From: Candidatus Baldrarchaeota archaeon | GTDB lineage: Archaea > Asgardarchaeota > Baldrarchaeia > Baldrarchaeales > DXJG01 | Reading direction: 5' to 3' | Assembly (NCBI GenBank): GCA_019056805.1 | Contig: DXJG01000009.1 | Location: 1 to 32,000 of the forward strand | DNA length: 32,000 nucleotides | In this document: positions 8,101-15,986 of the stretch, piece after piece | Position numbering within the stretch: the stretch's first letter is position 1 | Layout of the letters: every line of letters starts with the position of its first letter | Notes under the pieces: model-generated | Seen by the model: only the letters and a program-made list of their open reading frames with translations | The model's database searches: none | What the model was told of the DNA's origin: nothing | Translations under genes and position numbers: made by a program

Positions 8101-9209
8101 AGAATAGCATCTTTCCTAGCATAATCTATAAGCTTATTAATGTCTCTACTTTTTCCCATCCAAAGTTTCGGAATATCTTTATAGTCCACATCTAGTTTTC
8201 CTTCATTAATTAACTTTTCAGCCACATGTTCCAAAGTATATCTCTTTAAATGGAAATCTGCCTTTACAAGCGTTCTAACATCAACAACGACTCTTCCTGG
8301 GACTGATACTCTATTATTTTCCCCCGCGTTTTGTATTGTTACATTTTTATCTTCTGCTCTTCCAAACTTTCGACTTATGTTCAAATTTTTTAATCTCTTA
8401 ACAATATATGGAAAGTCGAAGTTTAAGATATTAAAACCTGTTATAATATCCGGATCGTATTTTTCTACGATTTCTATAAAACCTTTTAACATATCCTCTT
8501 CAGTATCAAAACATTCTATGTCCTTATTTGCTTTTTTAATATATTTTCCCACTAGAACTTTCGTTTCAGACCCCATAAATGCCGGATAGAAAGCTAAGCT
8601 AATTATAACTATTGGATCTCTCGAAGGATCTGGTAAGCTCATTAAATCTTTAGGTACACATTCTATGTCAAAACTCATAATTTTGAGAGGGGCATTTCCA
8701 TTTTCTTTCACTAATTTAATTTCCTCTGCCTCTATTTCATAATCTACTTTTCCTAATGTTGTTTTAACATAATTTCCCTTTACTTCTATCCAAGAAAATC
8801 CCCATATATCATAATCTATCATAAAACGATATTTAAACAGAATATCAGCTTCATATATCTCTTCCACGTCATCTATTTTCTTAATTTCATCTCTTATATC
8901 TTTAACTTGCGATGGTTGGTGCACAGTTACCTTTAACACTTTAGATGGTGATTTTTGAAAACCAATAGGCAGAAATTTTTCTTCGAGAGAAATATTGGTT
9001 ACGATTCCCTTAAACCGGTTTACAATTTCATTTGCAACTTCTTTTTCTTTACCATCTAAGGTTTTAACGTAAAAATAAGGATAAAAACCTTTATAGTAAA
9101 CACAACAGCTTTTTCCTTCCTTATCTTTCCCAAATATTCTAATTATTGGGCCGTCACCTGAACCTACAATGTAATCACAATCAATTACTTGCACTTTCTT
9201 TGTAATCAA
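5181..9209 (-). CDS. polB: Family B DNA polymerase precursor (intein-containing) with C-terminal double Cys4 module
   Basis: ExoI SFDIEC, ExoII GFNILNFDFPY, ExoIII YARKDA; motif A DFR/SLYPS split by the intein, motif B RQLALKIMMNSFYGY, motif C YGDTDS, KKRYAG, KGIETVRR. TTG start with GGAGG upstream. Confidence 0.97.
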   Translation of the reverse strand: MITKKVQVIDCDYIVGSGDGPIIRIFGKDKEGKSCCVYYKGFYPYFYVKTLDGKEKEVANEIVNRFKGIVTNISLEEKFLPIGFQKSPSKVLKVTVHQPSQVKDIRDEIKKIDDVEEIYEADILFKYRFMIDYDIWGFSWIEVKGNYVKTTLGKVDYEIEAEEIKLVKENGNAPLKIMSFDIECVPKDLMSLPDPSRDPIVIISLAFYPAFMGSETKVLVGKYIKKANKDIECFDTEEDMLKGFIEIVEKYDPDIITGFNILNFDFPYIVKRLKNLNISRKFGRAEDKNVTIQNAGENNRVSVPGRVVVDVRTLVKADFHLKRYTLEHVAEKLINEGKLDVDYKDIPKLWMGKSRDINKLIDYARKDAILPLKILLEKRLLDKYFELSKVSGLLLQDVVSGGQSTRVEGLLLRYGKKRNLIIPCKPSQEEIKKRNKEREKHGLKGAIVLDPKVGLYHKNNMVLVLDFRCHPKGTRVVVKGKGEVDISEVKEGDYVLGIDGWHKVRKVHVYPYKGYLINVNGLLCTPRHKLPIYYKWGYLKDRLAETLANGVVKSGFIIRNPIQYKCRDEDSNLWLLSEFAGIVLAEGNLLRRDAKYWSSERNSYRISKQYRITISISSHEIEVLDRILKISKRLWNYKPYIRSKDGGSCYDIIFSRKKIYTDVVDVLNNIENKAIPEAVLRGFFEGDGSINLERKTIQINQSTVNEEKIKLICKLLDKVGIKYYLWKGTPPSVRRTSKNGRYSLNIHGKKDLINFLVNVDFISEKKRELLRKIIAERRMRAKENYILEKPVTKLEYYEGYVYDLTLEGRPYYFANGILSHNSLYPSLIMAYNVCFTTLLKDVKDVKKYVEVPTGAKFVTEDIKEGLLPEILKDLMNLRVKVKKAMKTEEDPEKRRQLDARQLALKIMMNSFYGYTGYLRARVYSLDVANAITALGRFTIEFTRRIIEEKYGLETIYGDTDSVLIKLDTSNLETAAKLGEKISNEISKLLPRPMLLEFEKIYKSFLLLSKKRYAGWMFEKTQNGEWKDRIDTKGIETVRREWCDLVGEVVEKVINMLLKQPDVNLVVNYVRDILQKLKHGQIPIERLVMTRTLSKPPKKYKAKQPHAYLALKLAKRSPGSAPTIGERIPFVIVKGRGLIAERAEDPKYVQENKLEIDANYYIEKQLLPPIERILKPLGIAKQDLLSIGKQRDLTKFVSHEEEKETKPVEIKPVSRTIIEEIVCPHCGKTLKFKDLEKRFCTYCFSEIDPKQLLENVLDIEIHKSLSIFLTQSFICTNCRTTFRRLPLSGKCPKCGNSNLTMQMSPIEFKEKIKTLEQLINEKNLIYPRKSLEILRSYSSIVEI
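6747..7805 (-). mobile_element. Intein with LAGLIDADG homing endonuclease (353 aa) in PolB motif A (Pol-1/pol-a site)
   Basis: Starts at Cys (CHPKGTRVVVKG, TGT 7805-7803), ends ...FANGILSHN (AAT 6749-6747), +1 residue Ser. Removal restores DFRSLYPS. Endonuclease blocks FAGIVLAEGN and LRGFFEGDGS are present. Confidence 0.96.
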
Positions 9210-9490
9210 TATGCTTCCTCCCCGATTATCGTCGAAATACTGGAGACCACAAGCATTTTAGTCCCCCAACAAACTAATAAATGCGAGTCATACCCAGTAA
9301 TGAAAATGCTATAGCTATCTAAGATGATCTTTGTTTCATAAATTTTTCCAGTTGTGCCTATAAGTAATTTCTACTCTCTATATTATTCAAACGATTTCTA
9401 TATACTTGATAATAGATAATATTGAAAACTATAATACTTAGCAATTAAAATATTCATCTATAAAAGTAAAAAGAGAAAAATAGATTTTAA

Positions 9491-11023
9491 CTATTCACTA
9501 CTTTTCTTTAAATACATCTTCCAGGTTAGAAAGAGAGTTTTGGGTCTAGCTGCCATCGCTTCATCAAGTTTAGTAACCGATGTATTATGTGGGGCACTCA
9601 AAACAATTTCAGGATTACTATATGCTTCTTCTGATATTTTTCTAAGCGATTCGATGAACTCGTCCATTTGCTCTTTTGTTGCTGTTTCAGTTGGCTCGAT
9701 CATAAGTGCTTCATGGACTATTAACGGGAAGTACATGGTTGGTGCATGGATACCAAAATCCAGAAGTCTCTTAGCTACATTTAAAGCTCTCACCTTGGTG
9801 TCTCGTTTCAAAGGTGATGCGCTAAAAACACACTCATGTTTTCTAGGTTTATCTTTCCCGTACGGAAGTTCAAAACCTTTTATTTCCTTTAATTTTTTAA
9901 CTAAGTAATTGGTGTTTAATACAGAGATTTCAGCAACTGTTTTAAGCCCTTCTTCACCTAATGCGAGAATGTAGGCAAAAGCTTTGACAAGAACATTGAA
10001 ATTTCCATAAAATCCCTTAACTTTACCAATCGAATGAGGTCTATCCCAATCTAAGTAGTATTTTTCTCCATCATATTCTACAAGAGGTACAGGAAGAAAC
10101 TTTTCAAGTTCCTTTGTAACACCAATTGGACCAGCTCCAGGACCTCCCCCACCATGAGGTGTTCCGAAAGTTTTATGCAAGTTTAAATGAACAATATCAA
10201 AACCCATATCACCAGGTCGAACTTTTCCCACAATAGCATTAAGATTTGCCCCATCGTAATAAAGTAACCCTCCAACGTCATGTACAATTCTTGCAATCTC
10301 CTCTATCCTTTCCTCAAAAATTCCTAACGTATTTGGATTCGTTAACATTAAACCTGCGGTTCTTTCAGAAACTGCAGCCTTTAAAGCTTCTATATCTACG
10401 CAACCATTTTCGTTGGAAGGTACAACAATGACTTTAAAACCGCCCATTGCAGCGCTAGCAGGATTTGTACCATGAGCCGAGTCTGGAACGATAATTTCAT
10501 CTCTTTTATCAAGTTCTCCGTTATACTCATGATAAGCTCTAATTAATTGCACTCCCGTAAATTCTCCATGTGCACCGGCAGCTGGTTGCAAAGTAAATCG
10601 ATGCATTCCCGTAATTTCTGCAAGCCATCTTTCAAGTTTATACATTAATTCTAAGGCACCTTGAACGGTACGTTCGTCTTGATAAGGATGAATCCACATT
10701 ACTTCTTCCATTGAAGCTAGTTCTTCATTTATTCTTGGATTATACTTCATAGTACAACTGCCCAAAGGATAAAAACCTGTATCTACGCCATAGTTCATTT
10801 GAGATAATCTAGTATAATGCTGTACAACTTCTACTTCTGAAAGTTCTGGAAGCTTAGGTTCATCTTTTCGCCTCAACTTTTCAGGGATAAGTTTTTCTAT
10901 ATCTCCTACTTCCTTTTTCACTTCGTCATCAGGATTCGGTACTATATGACCAATTCTTCCTTCTCCACCAATTTCAAATATAAGTGGTTCCAACCATTTT
11001 GCCTGTTGAAATTCCTTAACCAT
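9491..11023 (-). CDS. gcvPB: Glycine cleavage system P protein, beta subunit (PLP-binding)
   Basis: [45 protein letters not shown] lysine motif [26 protein letters not shown] 11023 lies 1 nt after the gcvPA stop (track start 11044). Confidence 0.96.
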   Translation of the reverse strand: MVKEFQQAKWLEPLIFEIGGEGRIGHIVPNPDDEVKKEVGDIEKLIPEKLRRKDEPKLPELSEVEVVQHYTRLSQMNYGVDTGFYPLGSCTMKYNPRINEELASMEEVMWIHPYQDERTVQGALELMYKLERWLAEITGMHRFTLQPAAGAHGEFTGVQLIRAYHEYNGELDKRDEIIVPDSAHGTNPASAAMGGFKVIVVPSNENGCVDIEALKAAVSERTAGLMLTNPNTLGIFEERIEEIARIVHDVGGLLYYDGANLNAIVGKVRPGDMGFDIVHLNLHKTFGTPHGGGGPGAGPIGVTKELEKFLPVPLVEYDGEKYYLDWDRPHSIGKVKGFYGNFNVLVKAFAYILALGEEGLKTVAEISVLNTNYLVKKLKEIKGFELPYGKDKPRKHECVFSASPLKRDTKVRALNVAKRLLDFGIHAPTMYFPLIVHEALMIEPTETATKEQMDEFIESLRKISEEAYSNPEIVLSAPHNTSVTKLDEAMAARPKTLFLTWKMYLKKSSE

Positions 11024-11024
11024 T

Positions 11025-12434
11025 TTACCTACCCCCTTCAACAATTTCCTTAATTGCTGAAACTAATTCGTCTATATCTTCCTTTGTGTGGATCTCTGTA
11101 ACACAGAGCAACATGGATTCTCCGAATTCTGGAAATTCCCTTTTTACATTTTTTCCTCCATGAATTCCTTTTTCCAAAAGTTTTTCATGAACAGTTTCGA
11201 CACTAATACCCTCTCGGTAGAAAGTAACTAAAAATTCTTTAAAATGAGGAGCCTTGAAATAAGGAGCTTTTACCCCGTCAATCGCATTTAATTTTTTCAT
11301 TGCATAATGAGAATTATAAAGTATAGTTTTACCGAGCTCAACAATTCCCTTTTTACCAAGTAAGGAGAGATATATTGCAGCTGCAACTGCACAGAGAGCT
11401 TCATTACTACATATATTTGAAGTAGCTCTTTCTCTCCTAATATGTTGTTCTCTTGTTTGAAGAGTCATAACAAAACCTCTATATTTTCCATCTTCAGACT
11501 TAGTCATCCCAATTATTCTGCCAGGCATTTGGCGAATAAATTTCATATCGTCTTTTGTCGCAAAAATTCCTAAGAGTGGACCCCCGAAGTTTAAAGGATT
11601 TCCCAGGGGTTGTCCTTCACCAACAACTATATCAGCATCATAGTCTCCCGGTGGACGTATAACACCCAAAGAGGTAGGATCAACACCAACAACAAGTAAG
11701 GATTCATTTCTATGAGCTATATCACTAACTTCGTCAACTTGAGTTTCCAAAAAACCAAGATAGGAGGGATTCTCTATATATACCCCAGCCACTTCACCTC
11801 TAAATTCATTAAACTTAGAGTCCAAGTCATTTAAGTCCAGTTGACCTGTATCCCTGTTAAAGTTCACCTGGACAATTTTAATACCAGCAGATTCTGCATA
11901 TGTTTTGAGGGTGGAAAATCTTTCGGGATGAATGATTTTTGGCACTAAAAATACCTTTTTCTTTGTCAGTCGATTTGTCATTAACGCAGCTTCGCCTAGG
12001 GCACTTGCCCAATCGTACATTGAAGCGTTTACAACAGGCATTTCTAGTAATTCTGCCATTAAACTTTGATATTCAAAAAGAGTTTGTAACATGCCTTGTG
12101 AAATTTCTGCTTGATAAGGTGTGTAACTGGTTAAAAATTCTCCCCTACTAATTAAAGCTTTAATAACAGCTGGAATATAATGCGGCCAGACACCAGCACC
12201 AAGAAAAGTGCACATATCAAGTACAGTTCTATTTTTCTTTAACATCCTTCTAACTTGTTTAAAAATTTCATATTCACTATGTACTTTCGGTAATTTCAGT
12301 TTTCCTTTATAAAAAAGTCTTTCTGGTACATCTGAGTACAATTCGCTAATATCATTTACACCAATTTCCTTTAATAACGTGTTACGTATCTTTCTTGGCG
12401 AATTCGGTATATAGGGATGAGCATCTTTTTCCAA
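11025..12434 (-). CDS. gcvPA: Glycine cleavage system P protein, alpha subunit
   Basis: [65 protein letters not shown]; TTG start with GGAGGTG RBS. Confidence 0.96.
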   Translation of the reverse strand: MEKDAHPYIPNSPRKIRNTLLKEIGVNDISELYSDVPERLFYKGKLKLPKVHSEYEIFKQVRRMLKKNRTVLDMCTFLGAGVWPHYIPAVIKALISRGEFLTSYTPYQAEISQGMLQTLFEYQSLMAELLEMPVVNASMYDWASALGEAALMTNRLTKKKVFLVPKIIHPERFSTLKTYAESAGIKIVQVNFNRDTGQLDLNDLDSKFNEFRGEVAGVYIENPSYLGFLETQVDEVSDIAHRNESLLVVGVDPTSLGVIRPPGDYDADIVVGEGQPLGNPLNFGGPLLGIFATKDDMKFIRQMPGRIIGMTKSEDGKYRGFVMTLQTREQHIRRERATSNICSNEALCAVAAAIYLSLLGKKGIVELGKTILYNSHYAMKKLNAIDGVKAPYFKAPHFKEFLVTFYREGISVETVHEKLLEKGIHGGKNVKREFPEFGESMLLCVTEIHTKEDIDELVSAIKEIVEGGR

Positions 12435-12933
12435 TCAATACACCTCCACACGTATATACAATGAAAGCTATAACTAGGTTCATTTTGACCGTCTCGTTGA
12501 AATGTTAAAATTGCTGCCAACCCCACCTCAGTAGAAACCATAAATACTTAATGATACTAATTGGTATTTAAGATTTGACAGAACATAATATCTTTCCAAA
12601 TTATATTTCATCGAAATAATTTTAAGATACATAATTTACAAGCCTTTAGTATACGTGAAATCCTTATTAAATCTTAATTTCAAATCATGTAGCTGCATCT
12701 TAAAACTAAAATGATTAAATCATTTCATTAAAATAATTGAAGGAAGGCCGATAATATAGTCATTAAGGCATATACATTCCTTCCCAGTCCAATACATGGA
12801 AATTTAATAGAAAATGTTAAAACTAACCACGGCTCTACACATTAAATACCTATTTAACGGTAATTTCACTGGGATGTGGTAAAAGCGTTAGAAATAATAA
12901 TGGATAGGTAAACGTTAAGTTAATAACTAAGAG

Positions 12934-12947
12934 AACAAACTTATATA
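12934..12947 (+). promoter_or_regulatory. Putative BRE/TATA promoter for the ribophorin-like gene
   Basis: AACAAAC followed by TTATATA about 60 nt upstream of the GTG start at 13008; GGAGG RBS just upstream of the start. Motif resemblance only. Confidence 0.35.
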
Positions 12948-13007
12948 CCACTTTTAGGGGTCAACTGCAAACATTCGGAATGAGACAATAAAATAGGAGG
13001 AAAACCT

Positions 13008-14735
13008 GTGAAAAAAACAAATATTTCACTAATACTAATGACTACTATAATACTCCTAACCCTAATAGTAAACTCCACAACGCAAGCACAAACCAGCCAA
13101 AACCTCATAGTTTTGGAAGCTACCCGGACAATAAATGTTGAGAACTTTGGACTCCTAAATGTAACTGATACAATAACTATAAAAAATAATGGAACAATTC
13201 CCGTGTCAAGTTTTAAGATAGCTATTAAGAAAGATTTCGTTAAAAATTTATGTTACATAGGAGTTAAAGATCAAGACAACAGAAAGTTAGAATTAAAATA
13301 CATAGGAGTAGAAGAAACTACCAACTACACTTATTGGGAAGTTTTCTTTAACGAACCAATAAATCCCGAGAAAACTAAGAATCTCATAGTAATAACGGTA
13401 TACGGTGGTTTAATAAATCCAATACCAGAAAGCGAGCAAACGTATGAATTCAACTTTTACTATTATCCTACCTTACCGTATTATATAAAGAATTGTAAAG
13501 TAGAAATAAAAATTCCAAGAGGAGCAACAACAAAAAATGAAACATCACCTATAGAAGTATCAGACCTTTCCCCTCTAACTTACAAAACTTTCTACTTCCA
13601 ATACAACTATACCAGAAATTCGCTGATAAACGTAGAATTCCAAAGAGAAATAAAACCTTATGATATAGCCTACATAAAGGTAAAAGAAACTTATGTGCTA
13701 AAAAATATTGGTTTTTCAACTATCGAAAAATGGGAATTTAAACTACCAGAAGGTGCCACAAAAATATCCGTCTCTGATGCAGCAGGACCAATAAAGGCGG
13801 ATATAGACCAAGGAAACTTAACAACAAAAACAACAGTGACCATATCATTTACCAGTGGAAGAAAGGAAGTACTAGGACCTGGTATCATATATACGATACA
13901 TGTAGCCTACCTACTCCCAGCAGATACTTATCTTAAAAATATAAACACAGCTTACAGATTAATCGTACCAATCTATCCCGAAGTTCCAGCACTCGTAACA
14001 AAAGGAACAACTATTATAATACTACCAATTGACACAAAAGTTAATCCACCAAAAATAGAAACAACGCCAACAGGCCAAATACTCCAGCCACAAATAGAAC
14101 AAAATAAAGTCATCTACACATATTATAATACAACAGCCTCTACAGGAAATCTAAAAATTAATATAACATATAGTGTCAACCCACTTTACACTTTAACGAG
14201 ACCACTAACATATGCTGCAATTCTTACAGCAATAGCAACAATATACATAGCTACTAGAAAAGTCCGAGTCGCAGTAACACCGCCAACTGTAGAAGTTCCA
14301 GTCGCAGTACCTGTGCCTACACCTATCATAAACGAATTCTGTAGAGTATATGAAGAGAAATTAGCATTGCTACTAGAACTAGACAAATTAGAAGAAGCAT
14401 TAAAAACGAGAAAAATAAAGAAAAAGGACTACAAAAGAAGATTAAAGATATACGAACGTGAACTCATGAATGTAAATAAAGAAGTAGAGAAAGTAAAAGA
14501 AGAGCTGAGAAAAGCAGCACCAAAACTCGAAGACTACATAAAACGCATAGAACTTCTTGAAGCAGAAAGAGAAAGCGTAAAAGCAAGCATAAACCAACTT
14601 GAAAGAAGCTACAAAACAGGAAGAATTACAAAACTAGCTTATGCAAAGCTAAGAAGACAATATGAAGGAAGATTAAGAAAAATCTATTCAAATATGGATA
14701 AAGTAATCTTTGAACTCAGAGAAGCAACCAAATAA
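13008..14735 (+). CDS. Ribophorin I / OST1-like type I membrane protein
   Basis: Signal peptide; two similar beta-rich extracellular modules (TRTINV...VTDTITIKNNG and QREIKP...VKETYVLKNIG); at least eight N-x-S/T sequons; one TM helix (PLTYAAILTAIATIYIAT); about 140 aa K/E/R-rich cytosolic helical tail. Architecture matches ribophorin I; no alignment was run. Confidence 0.72.
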   Translation: MKKTNISLILMTTIILLTLIVNSTTQAQTSQNLIVLEATRTINVENFGLLNVTDTITIKNNGTIPVSSFKIAIKKDFVKNLCYIGVKDQDNRKLELKYIGVEETTNYTYWEVFFNEPINPEKTKNLIVITVYGGLINPIPESEQTYEFNFYYYPTLPYYIKNCKVEIKIPRGATTKNETSPIEVSDLSPLTYKTFYFQYNYTRNSLINVEFQREIKPYDIAYIKVKETYVLKNIGFSTIEKWEFKLPEGATKISVSDAAGPIKADIDQGNLTTKTTVTISFTSGRKEVLGPGIIYTIHVAYLLPADTYLKNINTAYRLIVPIYPEVPALVTKGTTIIILPIDTKVNPPKIETTPTGQILQPQIEQNKVIYTYYNTTASTGNLKINITYSVNPLYTLTRPLTYAAILTAIATIYIATRKVRVAVTPPTVEVPVAVPVPTPIINEFCRVYEEKLALLLELDKLEEALKTRKIKKKDYKRRLKIYERELMNVNKEVEKVKEELRKAAPKLEDYIKRIELLEAERESVKASINQLERSYKTGRITKLAYAKLRRQYEGRLRKIYSNMDKVIFELREATK

Positions 14736-14802
14736 AATATGTTTCCTAACTATTTTAAACTATTTTTAATATTTTATTTAAAACTGGTATACAATATCAA
14801 GA

Positions 14803-14830
14803 AACAAAACAAAAACTGGTAAAAAACAAT
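14803..14830 (-). terminator. Oligo-T rich putative terminator downstream of tRNA-Gln
   Basis: Minus strand reads TTGTTTTTTACCAGTTTTTGTTTTGTTT immediately 3' of the tRNA CCA. Confidence 0.4.
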
Positions 14831-14831
14831 T

Positions 14832-14926
14832 TGGTAGCCCGGCCCGGATTCGAACCGGGGTCCCCGGCTTTCTTCGGTTTATTTACCGCCAAAGGCCGGG
14901 AGGCTTGACCGCTACCCCACCGGGCT
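14832..14926 (-). tRNA. tRNA-Gln(UUG) with 19-nt intron at 37/38 (intron 14870-14888); CCA encoded
   Basis: Acceptor AGCCCGG/CCGGGCT, D arm, anticodon stem CCGGC/GCCGG, TTG at 14892-14890, T loop TTCGAAT, ACCA end. BHB: C32-U35 pairs with intron GAAG, plus an intron GGT/ACC helix. Confidence 0.95.
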
Positions 14927-15024
14927 TTAATAATCTTATCATGTTGATTACAGCTTAAGATAGTTGACGCTAAATTATAATGGTAATTGGTTTTTTATTT
15001 TTATTGTATGGATGTAGAGAGTCA

Positions 15025-15050
15025 CCTATATAAGTGGTTCTCTTAAGAGA
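15025..15050 (+). promoter_or_regulatory. Putative TATA box plus 12-bp palindrome upstream of the Vps29-like gene
   Basis: CTATATAAG at 15025-15033 and perfect palindrome TCTCTTAAGAGA at 15039-15050; ATG at 15072. Confidence 0.3.
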
Positions 15051-15071
15051 GATTATTCAGGTGAACAGAAG

Positions 15072-15635
15072 ATGAACATACTTGTTATCGGCGATTTTCA
15101 CATTCCATCAAGAGCCCATGATATTCCAGAGCCTATTAAAAGCTCTATCTCAAAGAAAAAGTTTGACTTAGTTCTATGCACTGGAGACCTTGTCGATGAA
15201 AGAGTTTTGAACATGTTAGAAGAATTTGGACCAGTAAAACGAGTTGTCGGAAACATGGATTACGTCAGCGGTCCTAGAAGTATAAAAGTTAGGATAGGAA
15301 ATTTTGACATAGGGGTGTTCCATGGTAGTGGAATATATCCTAGAGGAAACCCTCAGCAACTGTATTCCGTAGCTAAACAATTAAATGTTGAAGTTTTAAT
15401 TCACGGTCATACACATGCCTTATCAATTCAGCTTTTTGGCGACGTTCTTCTATTAAATCCTGGTAGCGCCACAGGTGTTTGGGGTGGTGGTCCGGCTTCG
15501 CTAAAACCCAGCTTCATGATTCTAAATATCACAAATAACGAATTAATTGTTAAAGGCTACGAACTTGTTGGGCAAGAACTTAGAGAAATTGTTAAAAAAT
15601 ATGTCAAAACAAACAAGGGCATAAAGGAAATATAA
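15072..15635 (+). CDS. YfcE/Vps29-family metallophosphoesterase
   Basis: GDFHIP, LCTGDL, VGNMD, FHG, IHGHTH, NPGSATG, PSFMILNI follow the Vps29/MJ0936 family motif order. Confidence 0.88.
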   Translation: MNILVIGDFHIPSRAHDIPEPIKSSISKKKFDLVLCTGDLVDERVLNMLEEFGPVKRVVGNMDYVSGPRSIKVRIGNFDIGVFHGSGIYPRGNPQQLYSVAKQLNVEVLIHGHTHALSIQLFGDVLLLNPGSATGVWGGGPASLKPSFMILNITNNELIVKGYELVGQELREIVKKYVKTNKGIKEI

Positions 15636-15862
15636 TGTATAATATATCATTTCATGTTCACATTACTTCTCTTAACATTTCTACAGTTTTCTTTTAGAAA
15701 CAAAAGAGATCGAAAGTTCTATAATTATATAAAGGGTCATAACATTACTTAGTAGTATATGAATCAATTTAGATCAGCTCTGTCGCTGTTAAGAGAACGT
15801 GTTCTTTATTTAACGGGTAATTTATTGTTTTAATATTATTTACTTCAGTTCGAGGAGGCACA

Positions 15863-15952
15863 ATGAATATTTTACTTCGAAAATTTAATTATGTTAATAA
15901 CATTATTGAAGTTGGTCTTTTTATGATAAGTTTAGAAGTTGTTATATTCTAA
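15863..15952 (+). CDS. Candidate 29-aa small protein (MNILLRKFNYVNNIIEVGLFMISLEVVIF)
   Basis: GAGGAGG at 15852-15858, four nt before the ATG, in an otherwise empty 350-bp gap; no homology evidence. Confidence 0.2.
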   Translation: MNILLRKFNYVNNIIEVGLFMISLEVVIF

Positions 15953-15986
15953 ATTAATTTGACTATTGTCGATCACGGTGGGATAA

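Noticed and set aside
12435-12600. Glycine riboswitch or leader ORF upstream of gcvPA
   Set aside because: No GGAGA/CCGAAG/CTCAGG-type aptamer elements; the ~56-codon overlapping frame has no RBS or motif.
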